Shown in pieces: positions 1 to 11,419 of a stretch of 64,000 nucleotides of DNA (the stretch's first letter is position 1; each line of letters opens with the position of its first letter). The notes beneath the pieces were generated by a model, which did no database searches, was not told the origin of the DNA, and saw nothing but the letters and a program-made list of their open reading frames with translations. This DNA is from Octopus vulgaris. Lineage: Eukaryota. The translations under genes were made by a program, and so were the position numbers. The DNA lies in contig OX597824.1 in assembly GCA_951406725.2 (NCBI GenBank), positions 8,060,001-8,124,000 on the forward strand, written 5' to 3'.

Positions 1-579
1 GGTATATCAGCCGAAACGTTATGTTAACAACAAACAAGACGAGAAATACCCGTCCAATGTAAATAATGTAAATAATTCCTCATCTCTTAAATAACAGAAC
101 TAATAATAACCAGTTGCTTCATGATTGAGCTATTTCCAATTGAAGTTCTAAAATGAGTTTGCTACATACATTTAGCTGTAGCTGGGGCTGTGTGCTTAAA
201 GACGTTTGCTTTACAGTCATGTGGTTCCAGACTTGGTCTTGCTGTTTGGTATCTCCTGCAAGTGTTTTCTATTGTATTGACCAATCCTTTCTGAGTGGAT
301 GCCTGGAGAAATGGATGGTGGTGGTGGTGGTGGTCATGATTGTGATGTTGACAATGGTGGTGGTGGTGGTGGTGGTGATGAGGATAATGATGGTGTGTGT
401 TTGTTCATTGTTGTGATGTGAAGAAGCTGTTTGGAACTACATGGTTTCATATCTGGTACCACCTGGCAGGTGTCTTCAACTGTAAACTTGTGCTGACCAA
501 GTGGAATATGGTCGACAGAAAACATAAGAAACCCCTGTGTGTGTGTGAGTGAGAAAAATCTATATATATATATTTAGCA

Positions 580-870
580 CCATCCGAACATGGCCAATGC
601 CAGCGCTGCCTTTACTGGCTTCTGTGCCGGTGGCACATAAAACACACCAACCGATTGTGGCCATTGCCAGCCTCCTCTGGCCCTTGTGCTGGTGGCACAT
701 AAAAAGTACCTACTACATTCACGGAGTGGTTGGCGTTAGGAAGGGCATCCAGCTGTAGAAACACTGCCAGATCAGATTGGACCCTGGTGCAGCCTCCTGG
801 CTTCCCAGACCCCGGTCGAACCATCCAACCCATGCTAGCATGGAAAACGGACATTAAATGATGATGATGA
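580..870 (+). mobile_element. Retroposon family C with (GAT)n tail and variable internal tandem units; copies at ~2935-3290(-), 12145-12425, 19340-19710, 22640-22945(-), 25095-25300(-), 29765-30055, 39600-40440(-), 59095-59500(-), 63435-63690(-)
   Basis: Shared ggtggcacgtaaaaagcac...ggcgttaggaagggcatccagctgtagaaac...catgctagcatggaaaacggacgttaaa(cgat)n. Accounts for the many spurious LQLDALP ORFs. Confidence 0.9.
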
Positions 871-1357
871 TAATGATATGTGTATAAGTGTGTGTGTATG
901 TATGTATGTATATATATATTTTTTTTTTTCGTCATCATTTAACATTTGCCTTCCATACATGTGAATGTATGTATGTATATATGTGACTCACCAGTTCAAC
1001 AATGTTAGGCCAACATTTCTTATATCATTCCATTAAGTAAGACCTGACAATACATTTAACTACTTTCTTTTGTGTTCTTAACAACTACCATATAAGGTTT
1101 AAATTAGTTGTCCGAAACTCTTCTTGGTTCTGCGCTGTAAGTAGCCATTTCATTAATTGTATTTGACAACTCTTTTACTCTTTTACTCTGGGACAGTATT
1201 GTTTTCTTTTGGAATTACCCACATTTTATTCTTCTGTTTTGACAATGTTAAAACCAAATAAACCTGTGACCTTCTCTGACAATCTTCCATTACATAGTCA
1301 TTGCCTTTTATTTTTCTTCACTACAGCTACAAAACTGTTTTCCCATTTTCAAATATA

Positions 1358-1730
1358 GGCGTAGGAGTGGCTGTGTGGTAAGTAGCTTGCTTACCAACCA
1401 CATGGTTCCGGGTTCAGTCCCACTACGCGGCACCTTGGGCAAGTGTCTTCTACTATAGCCTCGAGCTGACCAAAACCTTGTGAGTGGATTTGGTAGATGG
1501 AAACTGAAAGAAGCCTGTCATATATGTGTTTGTGTGTCTGTGTTTGTCCCCCCAACATCGCTTGACAACCGATGGTGTGTTTACATCTCCGTAACTTAGC
1601 GGTTTGGCAAAAAGAGACCGATAGAATAAGTACTAGGCTTACAAAGAATAAGTCCTGGGGGTCGATTTCCTTGACTAAAGGCAGTGCTCCAGCATGGCCA
1701 CAGTCAAATGACTGAAACAAGTAAACGAGT
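1358..1730 (+). mobile_element. tRNA-derived SINE family A, full copy; others at ~2440-2680(-), 5858-6260 (inverted pair), 23120-23560(-), 26385-26835(-), 27955-28345(+), 46338-46650(+), 61675-61842(-)
   Basis: A/B-box-like head (tggctgtgtggtaag / ggttcagtccc), internal (TG)n, 3' end tgactgaaacaagtaaaagag; more than 10 copies in the window. Confidence 0.9.
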
Positions 1731-4217
1731 TTTCTATTTAAATGATAACAAACGTGGACAGGACAGGTGGAGGAGGATATTGGGAGGGCTGGTTTGAGAA
1801 GGGGGAGACACCCAAAACCAGGCAAGATAGTGTGAGGACAGTTGCTATGGCACTGAGGTAGATCTGGCCACCCCATTTAACAGGGATAAAACCCGGATTT
1901 AAAACACTTGATGATGAACAGAATCTATTCAGTAAAATGTGCTGTTGCTATTTCCCTACTAAAATCCACCCCTTAATCCATAGAGACACTGCTTACAAAC
2001 CCTGTTTTCCTTAGGGTAAACAGTGTCCCTTTAGTAGATCTAATGAGATACTGGAATATATTAATATACATTCCAAACATCTTCCAATAATCCTTAGAAA
2101 TTTAGTTTATAATATAAATAAGCAGATCGCTAGCTTATCCTCTTGAGAGGAGGCTTTTAATCATAATATTCATTACTACGTTGACACATTAAAATACGGT
2201 GGCTTCAAAGATGGAATAATTTGTGTGAAACAACAATAAAACTAAAAAATGCAAAAAATAAGAAAATGAAATGTTTGGTATAATCTTCAATATCATTTCT
2301 TTTGATGTCAGCCCATGTGAGACAGCCCCTGTTTCTATGATACAAAACTTCCTCTTTTAAATTGATCTAAATTAAAACTTTGAAAATTTTATATTAATTT
2401 ATATTCCAAGTACCAATTTCATAGTAGTCTTTTTACTCTTGACTGTTTTACTTGCTTCAGTCATTTGACTGTGGCCATGCTTGAGCAGTGCCTTTAGTCG
2501 AGCAAATCGACACCAGGATTTATTCTTTGTAAGCCTAGTACTTATTCTATCAGTCTCTTTTGCTGAACCGCTATGTTATGGGGATGTAAACAGACCAGCA
2601 TCGGTTGTCTAGCGATGTTGGTGGGACAAACACAGACACAAACATATACACACACATACATACGATGGGCTTCTTTCAGTTTCTAGCAAGCCTCATGAGT
2701 GGATTGTTATAAATGGGTTTCACTGTCGGACAAACAGTATCCTTTGTTTCCAATCTTTCATGCAAACGTGTCTGGTCATGGTGCTGTATTGTTTTGCTTG
2801 GAGACAAGTGAGGGTTGGTGAAAGGAGGGGCTTCCCATCCTAAAAATTCTGTCTCACCAAATGCCACCTGTCCCTTGTGGACACGAAAAAGTGGACATTA
2901 AAACAATGATGGTACACACACACACACACACACACATCATCATCGTTTAACGTCTGTTTTCCGTGCCAGCATGGGTTGGACGGTTCGACCTGATCTGGCA
3001 GAGTTTCTACAGCTGGATGCCCTTCCTAACACCAACCACTCCGTGAGTGTAGTAGGTGCTTTTTACGTGCCACCGGCACAGGTGCCAGGGGAGGCTGGAA
3101 ACAGCCACAATCGGTTGGTGCTTTTTACGTGCCAGGGAAGGCTGGCAACGGCCACAATCGGTTCATGCTTTTTACGTGCCACCGGCACAGAATCCAGTCA
3201 AGGCGGTGCTGGCATCAGCCACGTTCGGATGGTGCTTTATACGTGCCACCGGCACAGGTATCACAACTGCAATTTCCATTTGATATTTATGGAATAAATT
3301 GTACAGAGTATCAGTTACAATACATAGACAGCCTGTGGCCATATCTAGTGTAATTGGACATGGAGAGGGTGGGAGAAGAAAATCAAGTTTTGACTTGCTG
3401 ACATGGGAGGCTTATGTATAAATCTCCAGTAATCAAATCATGTTTGTTCATTTACAGAATTTAAGAACCCATTCACATCAGCCTGGGTTTGATTTTGTAT
3501 AAATTCCAGTATCAGTTACAACCTGTTTACACACAGTAAACCTGCGTTAATCTCTCGGGGGCCCCGCAACTGATAAAAACAAGAAGTGGTTGGGTTGGGT
3601 TTGGTTTGATGTATTTAATAATGAAATTATGAAATGGTTCCAGGATACGGAGCGGGTTTGGCCGTGTGGTCATGAAGCTCACCCTGCACCCACACCCTCC
3701 CTTTGTTTTGGCCAGTGGACTGCAGCTGTGCTGGGCCATTTTTTTTGAAGGGGTCAGTCAAACAAATCAGCCCCCCTGCCCTGTACTTATTCTAGGTTTG
3801 GTACTTATTCTATCATTCCCTGTTTGCTGAACCACTAAGTTCTCTAAGGACATAAACCTATACTGGTTGTCAAAAGGTGATATATGCACACACACACACA
3901 TGCATATACACATACATGCACATACACACACACATACACACACACACATGCACATACATACACACAAACACATACACTTATACACCATATCTGGCCCAAC
4001 TTTACATATAGGATCTGGGGTGGTTTTTTGAGACATTTTTTACAAAAAAATATGCATTTAATATCCCATCGCATATGGTAATATTCAAGCCACTATTTTC
4101 TTGTCTCTGTTGAAGGTTATAATGTAGCTAAGACTATCATCTTAGATACGCTTGTTGCCCCACTCTCTGTGATGCCCAGTCCTCTCACCTCTTTGCCTTG
4201 TAGCAACCATACAGTGA

Positions 4218-4640
4218 AGGTGGTGAGCTGGCAGAAACGTTACCACGACGGGCGAAATGCTTAGCAGTATTTCGTCTGCCATGATGTTCTGAGTTCAAAT
4301 TCTGCCGAGGGCGACTTTGCCTTTCGTCCTTTTGGGGTCGATTAAATAAAGTACCAGTTACGCACTGGGGTCGATGTAATCGACTTAATCCCTTTGTCTG
4401 TCCTTGTTTGTCCCCTCTGTGTTTAGCACCTTGTGGGTAGTAAAGAAATAGGTATTTCGTCTGTCTTTACGTTCTGAGTTCAAATTCCGCCGAGGTCGAC
4501 TTTGCCTTTCATCCTTTCGGGGGTCGATAAAATTAAGTACCAGTTACACACTGGGGGTCAATGTAATCGACTTAATCCCTTTGTCCATCCTTGTTTGTCC
4601 CCTTTATGTTTAGCCCCTTGTGGGCAATAAAGAAATAAGA
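4218..4640 (+). mobile_element. tRNA-derived SINE family B (dimeric copy); others at ~7153-7570, 13288-13650, 15641-15876(-), 17070-17295(-), 32647-32850(+), 32920-33337(-), 41040-41830, 43540-44090, 45160-45400
   Basis: Head ggcgagctggcagaaacgttagc...gagttcaaattc and conserved core gtcgactttgcctttcatcctttcggggtcgataaattaagtaccag, which resembles the Nin/Deu-type SINE central domain (inference). Confidence 0.9.
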
Positions 4641-4947
4641 AACCATATAGTGAATATATTGGATTCCTTAGTCTTGCCACAAAAGCCTTGTGTGTGTCTT
4701 TAGGAAAGAGTGAAATCAGATGTTGTGACATTCATGTCAACCAGAAACCAAAACTGGAAATTTTTTCTTTCTTACTTTTTTTTTGGGTCTTCTGCCTGTT
4801 TCTCAGGATTATCTCTTGTTCCAGTAATTCTTGCGATGTTCTTAGACGTAGGTTGACAGCCATAATAAGTAGTTCTTTTAATTAACATTTTTTTTCTTCT
4901 TTTTAACGATTATCATTCAACATAGACATTAAGCCATATCTATATAC

Positions 4948-4982
<35 letters not shown>

Positions 4983-7807
4983 ATATGTGTGTGTATGTGT
5001 AAAACTGTCTGTGTATATACGCCTGTGTGTGTGTGTGTAGCTTGCTTGATTTCTTTTCCTGCTCAGTTCAACTCAAACACTTTCAATTAAGTTATTCTAA
5101 ATGTTCACTTTGTTGGAGGAAGTACCAACACTAATTATCTAACGAGCTGTGTGTGTGTGTGTGTGTTCATGTGCGTGTGTGTGTGTGCGCAGTTGTGCAG
5201 GAGTGGAAATGAATGAAAGAAAGAAAAAGCAAAATAACCTTCTGACTAGTCGTCTTTCATCATCATTCTCTCTTAAGAAAAACCAAAAAAGAAAAAGAAA
5301 AAAACTTAACCAAATCTGGGAACTGGGTCAGTACCCACTTCATTTTTAGCGCCAGTTCTTCACAATTACCGCTTCTCTGCTTGTCATCAGTGGTGAAGCT
5401 GAAAAAATTCTCATCTTTAGCGAAGCACATGGCAATGTGTTTAAAAACCATTTTAAAATAATGTGTTCTTAGATTCATTATTAAAGACTCCATACTTCTA
5501 CAGAAATGGCCTCAAAGAGTCTTTTATGCAGGTGATTTAATTTCTGGTTTCTTATCTGTCTATCCTTCTTATTCTTTGTTTGGTGCCATCTCCTGTACAC
5601 TGTACATTTTAAACCAAACTCTCACTCTGTAGACATTCTTTACCATTTTTCGCAGTATGGCATTCTCTCTGCACAGTCATATACACTTATTTTTGGCTAA
5701 AACAGCAGGCGGTACCATAATCCCCATCTCCGCGAGAGTCAGGCAGTTGAAGATATTCTGTGGGTCCTTTGGAATAAAGGAGCTGTGGTGGTGGTGGGGG
5801 TGGACCCAAAGATGCATCTGCATAGATTAAAAATTTTTTATTTTTAAATTTAAATTCTTTTACTTGTTTCAGTCATTTGACTGCAGCCATGCTGGAGCAC
5901 CACTACACCGCCTTGAAGGGGTTTTAGTCAAATAAGTCGACTCTAGGACTTATTTTTTTTAAGCCTAGTACTTATTCTATCAGTGTCTTTTGCCGAACTG
6001 CTAAGTTACAGGGATGTAACCACATAAGCACTAGTTGTCAAGCAGTGATGTGGGGGAGGGGGACAAACTGTGTCTGTGTTTGTCCCCCCAACATCACTTG
6101 ACAACTGATGGTGGTGTGTTTACATAACTTAGTGGTTCGGCAAAAGAGACTGATAGAATAAGTACTTGGCTTACAAAGAATAAGTCCCGGAGTCGATTTT
6201 CTCGACTAAAGGCAGTGCTCCATAATGGCCACAGTCAAATGAATGAAACAAGTAAAAGAGTAGGGTGGTCACAGATGGATTGATATCAAAAAGTTCAAAT
6301 TTTCCTTCAGATCTGCCACAGAATATTTTGGTACTATTCAAGAACTACACCAAAATCTCTCCTTCCATGTCATTCCTCTCATACCCTTCACCCGACCTCA
6401 TCCAAGCCAATTCTTATTTAGAATTGATATTTTTCCTTCTTGCAGTTTCTTCACCATTCTTAAGATTCTTCGTTTTAACGGTGTAGCTCTCACACGCAAT
6501 TAACATTTTTCTTTAGAAAAGACTATAATTTCTTAAAAATAGAAAATTCCAATAATTTTGAGATTCTCCTCCAGAAATTTCTTTCGCTATTAAAATTATA
6601 TAATAAAGATGCTTTTCATTATTCTAACAAGTTCTTTCATTCGTTAGTGAGATTCCACGAAAAAGCAATAAATAAATAAATAAATAAATAAATAAAACAG
6701 AATTATTTTGTATTTTGTTTTACTTATTTTTAATATTTCTGAGTATATTTTTGAGGAATTTCAGTCTATGAATGGTTGCATCTGTGTAATATTCACCACA
6801 GACAAATAATTACCATTCTTAATTGATGGAAGCATAACTTGAAGCATCATTGAAGATAAAATTGGTTTGCTTTTTATTTTGTAATTATTGTTGTTCCATT
6901 TTTTTTTTTATCAGTTATTTTCCCCCGTTTCAAGGAAAAGAGGAAAAATTTGTTCTTTTGGTGCTTTTTAAACAAAAATGTTAAATTTTTCCAGTGTGAA
7001 AATGTAAATTTTTAAAGACTCTCCTCAATGAATTATTTTGGTTTATTATTTTCCTTTCTTTCCATTTCCATGTAGCCCCTCCCTCGTAGTTTGTCTTTGT
7101 ACTGACCCTTTCATCCAATGACCCTGTGGAAAATAAAAAGATTATTATTAGTAAGGTGGTGAGCTGGCAGAATCGTTAGCACGCCGGGTGAAATGCTTAG
7201 CGGTATTTCATATGCCGCTACATTCTGAGTTCAAATTCCGCTGAAGTCGACTTTGCCTTTCATCCTTTCGGGGTCGATTAAATAAGTACCAGTTATGCAC
7301 TGGGGTCGATATAATCGACTTAATCCATTTGTCTGTCCTTGTTTGTCCTCTCTGTTTAGCCCCTTGTGCGTAGTAAAGAAATAGAAATAGGTAATTCATC
7401 AGCCACTGCATTTAAGTTCAAATTCCACCAAGGTGAACTTTGCCTTTCATCCTTTGGGTGGGGTGGAGGGGGCGATAAATTAAGTACCAGTTGCATACTG
7501 GTGTCGATCTAATCTACTGTCCTCCTCCCCCCAAATTTCAGGCCTTGTGCCTATAGTAGAAAGGATTATTATTATTACTACTATTGTCAGTGTCATTACA
7601 GTAAGGTACCAGTCAACTACTAGGGTCAATGCAATCAACTGGACACCCTCCCCTCAAAATTTGGCCCTGTGCCTGTATGAGAAACCATTATAATTAATTT
7701 GTTTTTTCTTTCTTTACCTAATTTTCTGTAAACCCCTTCACAAATTGTAACCCATCTTTGTAATGCCCCCACACACCCTCTGATGCCCCTGTGGATGGAA
7801 AAGAAAT

Positions 7808-7846
<39 letters not shown>

Positions 7847-8943
7847 CATTGCTGTTTTCAAAATTCAAAATAATTTTCTCATTGATTATTGATCTGTTAT
7901 GTTAGATCCTACCAATATCGGTGACTGTTTTTTAATATTGATTTTTCTTAAGGCAGCGAGCTGGCAGAAGCGTTGGCACACTGGGCAAAAATTCTTAGCG
8001 ACATTTTGCCTGTTCTTTCTTTTTTTTCTTTTATTCTTTTAATTTATTTCAGTCATATTGACTGTGGCCATGCTGGAGCACCGCCTTTAGTCGAGCAAAT
8101 CGACCCCAGGACTTATTCTTTGTAAGCCTAGTACTTATTCCATTGGTCTCTTTTGCCGAACTGCTAAGTTATGGGGATGTAAACACACCAGTACTTGACT
8201 AGTCTGGTTCTTACTTTATTGGCCCCGAAAGGATGAAAAGCAAAGTTGACCTCAGCGGGATTTGAACTCTGAATGCAATGAGCTGGTACAAATACTGCAA
8301 GACATTTTGTCCAATGCTGTAATGGTTCTCTCAGTCCATTATCCTCAGCATCTCTACATAATAATCCTTTCTATTATAGGCACAAAGCCTGAAATTCTAG
8401 GGGAAGGAGTACAGTCAATTTATATCAACTCCAGTACTCAACTGGTCCTTAATTTATTGACTCCGCAAGGATGAAATGCAAAGTTGACCTCAGCAGGATT
8501 TGATCTCAGAACATAAAGACCGATAAAATGTCGTCTCTACATTTTGAGTTCAAATAATGAGCTTAATAATGACAGTTATTTTGCTAAATTGTTCATTATC
8601 TTAAAAATTAATTAATGACCCTGTAGCTTTTATATTGACAAGCCCCAAATTTAAAGGTGAAATAAATTTATCTGTATCTACTTGCAGCTTTTAGGACAAC
8701 CAAAACATCAAAACATAGATAAATAAATGAATGAATGAATTATATAAAAAAAATAAGATCTCTGTCTCAGTGATTCTCTCCCCTCAAGGGAAGTTTCACC
8801 CCCTTTTCAATTTTTTACCAAACCCTATTTCTCTCTGCCTCTGAAGCTGAAAACAAGAAGAAATGGTGAATGCTGCAATGGCAGTCACCTGTGAAATAAG
8901 GGTTGTTTTATGTATTTCAGCTGAAATCTAACAAAAGGTTTAA

Positions 8944-9522
8944 CCCTTTCGTTACTGTATTTATTTTGAGATGCTCTGGGTTTCTTTCAATTTAAATATA
9001 ATAAAGAATTTAGTAAAATAACTTAGTTATCATTCAGCTAGTGTTAGGAACATAAATTGTGACTAAGGTTTTAATTCAGAACTTTTGTAAACAAGACATT
9101 TGTACTTACAGAGCCAGAGGCGGTTTCAGCTGGGTTGGTATCACAAGGGTTAAACACACCTCTATACTTGGGCAGATGCACATTAGAAGCAGTTGGAAGG
9201 GTGTGGATTGAAGGAAATTTAGGCTATTATTTCTAGCATATAGAGTGACCACACTGAGGTCTCCTTCTCTTATGTCTTCTGCTGATTATTTTTCTTCTTA
9301 ACCTTTTTGTTACCATATTTCTGTTGAGAGGCTCTGTGTTTCTTGCAATTAATTCTAAATACAACAAAGAATTTAGTAAAACAACTTAGTTATCATTAAG
9401 CTAGTGTTAAGAACATAAATTATGACTAAAGTTTGGTGGAAGATTTTAATTAAAAACTTATGATAACAAGGCATTTGTACTCAAAGCCAGAGGTGGTTTC
9501 AGCCAGGTTGGTAACGAAAGGG
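8944..9522 (+). mobile_element. Composite unit: two TTAA-flanked piggyBac-like MITEs (8944..9149, 9302..9522) around a ~150-bp spacer
   Basis: ttaa-ccctttcgttac...gtaacgaaaggg-ttaa-type termini; whole block recurs inverted at 47078..47632. Confidence 0.85.
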
Positions 9523-10144
9523 TTTAAGAGTTCATCCACCATTTGACAGTTTTTTGTATTTTTAAAATCCTCTTGGTTACTTTCACAGTGTCCTCGTTGG
9601 GTTAGTCTATTAAGGAGCCAATTTGCTTGCAGATCACTTAATCATGACCAGCTAAAACTGTACTAGGGTCAGGGCTTTTGATTAAACCTTCAACACTCAA
9701 AATTACTGATGTTGTACCTAAATTAAAAACTATTATTAAAGGTATATTTTAATTCTTTTTGTTGTTTTTTTTCGGGGTTTTCTACCTTTCAAATATGTCA
9801 ATGTCCACTTCACTGTTAAGATCTATTTTTAGGTTGAAAGTTGTCAAATCACATAACCAGCATACCTGACATGGTTCAATAATTTTTAAGAGGTTAGGAA
9901 TGCTTTTTACCTTTTAAGGTTAAGTATTGAGGTACCACGAGATTTCTAGGAGTGGAACAAGATTACAATCAGATTTCAATCCAATTATAGATAGGTCGTG
10001 AGATTTTACTTTGTGCTATGGTAATACTCAAGATCAATATCATCATCATCATCATCAACATGACAAATGACCTCTGCCTCAAACAGGGAAATGCTGTAAA
10101 ACAATGTGGTGTCCATTTCAATTTTTGAATATGATCTCTCCCCC

Positions 10145-10176
<32 letters not shown>

Positions 10177-10861
10177 GTCAAGGTAACCTTGTACCTCCTC
10201 TACAGTAAGACACCTGTCTCACTCTAACCTTTCATCATCTGACTCAAGATCCCCTCCTCCAATGCCCCCTCCCCTCTCAAAGGAGATTTTTTTGTCTTGC
10301 AAGGTACTTGGTGACCCTGTCAGTGCAGGTGCCACTTAAAAGCACCCTATCCACACGGTAAAATGGTTGGTGCTCAGAAGGGCATCCAGCTGTAAAAACC
10401 TTATTAAAACTGACCTCACCTGTGTTGAAGCCATGCAAAAAGCACTCTGTCCACTCTGCTGAGTGGTTGGTGACAGGAAGGGCATCCAGCTGTAAAAGTC
10501 CTGCCAAAACTGTCACAGAAGTCTGGTGCAGGCTTCTGCCTGGCTGGCTCTTGTCAAACTGTCCCTCCCATGCTAGCATGGAAGGTGGACATTAAATGGT
10601 GATGATGATGGCAGAGCTTAAGGAAGATTTTGCTGCTATTTCTAGTAGTTTGAGTGACTGACCTTTTCTTCCTGGTGTATTACATATTATTTACCACCTT
10701 GTTACCATGGAGACAAACGGTTGTGACTTTCACTATGTCAGCAATTGAGGCTTCTGATTGGCCAAAAATACATCATTTTGAATGCTTGTAACTTTTTATT
10801 AGTAATTAAAAAAAAACATTGATTTTCATTACCAGCATGCAATAGTTCCATCTGTGTAAAG

Positions 10862-11096
10862 AGTGAAAGTGACATAGTGCTTTAGAGCATGGGCTAGTAA
10901 CCCCAAGATTCCGAGTTCGATTCTAGGCAGTGACCTGAATAATAATAATATCGAAAAATACCATAAGAATGAGAACCCAGGTTCGAAATTTCTCCAAGCC
11001 ACCTGAAGGAGACTGGAGGGTATATCAGCCAAAATATGTTAACAACAAACAAGATGAGGGCAAATATCTATCAAATGTAAATAATGTAAATAATGT
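10862..11096 (+). mobile_element. tRNA-headed short element with a Penelope-like (hammerhead-type) tail; other pieces at 1..100, 11310..11500 and 35958..36080
   Basis: tRNA-like head with B-box (gagttcgattc), (aat)n linker, then a tail shared by the other copies ending aattcctcatctcttaaatatagaact. Confidence 0.7.
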
Positions 11097-11373
11097 CAGT
11101 CCTAATCAAGTAAGTGTATTGTCACCCCATCTTTGCTTGATTACTGACATGTAATGTTAATTCATTTATAAGTATCATCAGTGATGCAGATAAAATACAA
11201 ACAACTAATTAATTTGATGCTGAGGCCATGCTGGGGCACCTATTAAGAGTTTTAGTTAATTATATCAACTCCAGTATTTTATTAATTTAGTTAATTATAT
11301 CAACTCCAGTAATGATAATAATAATATTAAAAAATACTTTAGGAATGAGAACCCAGGTTCGAAATTTCTCCAA

Positions 11374-11419
11374 GACACCTGATGAAGGCTGGAGGGTATA
11401 TCAGCTGAAATGTTGTGTT
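11374..11419 (+). ncRNA. Type I hammerhead-like motif (CpG-decayed) in the tail of a tRNA-headed repeat family
   Basis: gacac-CTGATGA-a-ggctgg-agggtata-tcagct-GAAA-tg-T-T-gtgtt; the truncated copy at 1..25 keeps tcagccGAAAcgtt. Confidence 0.55.
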
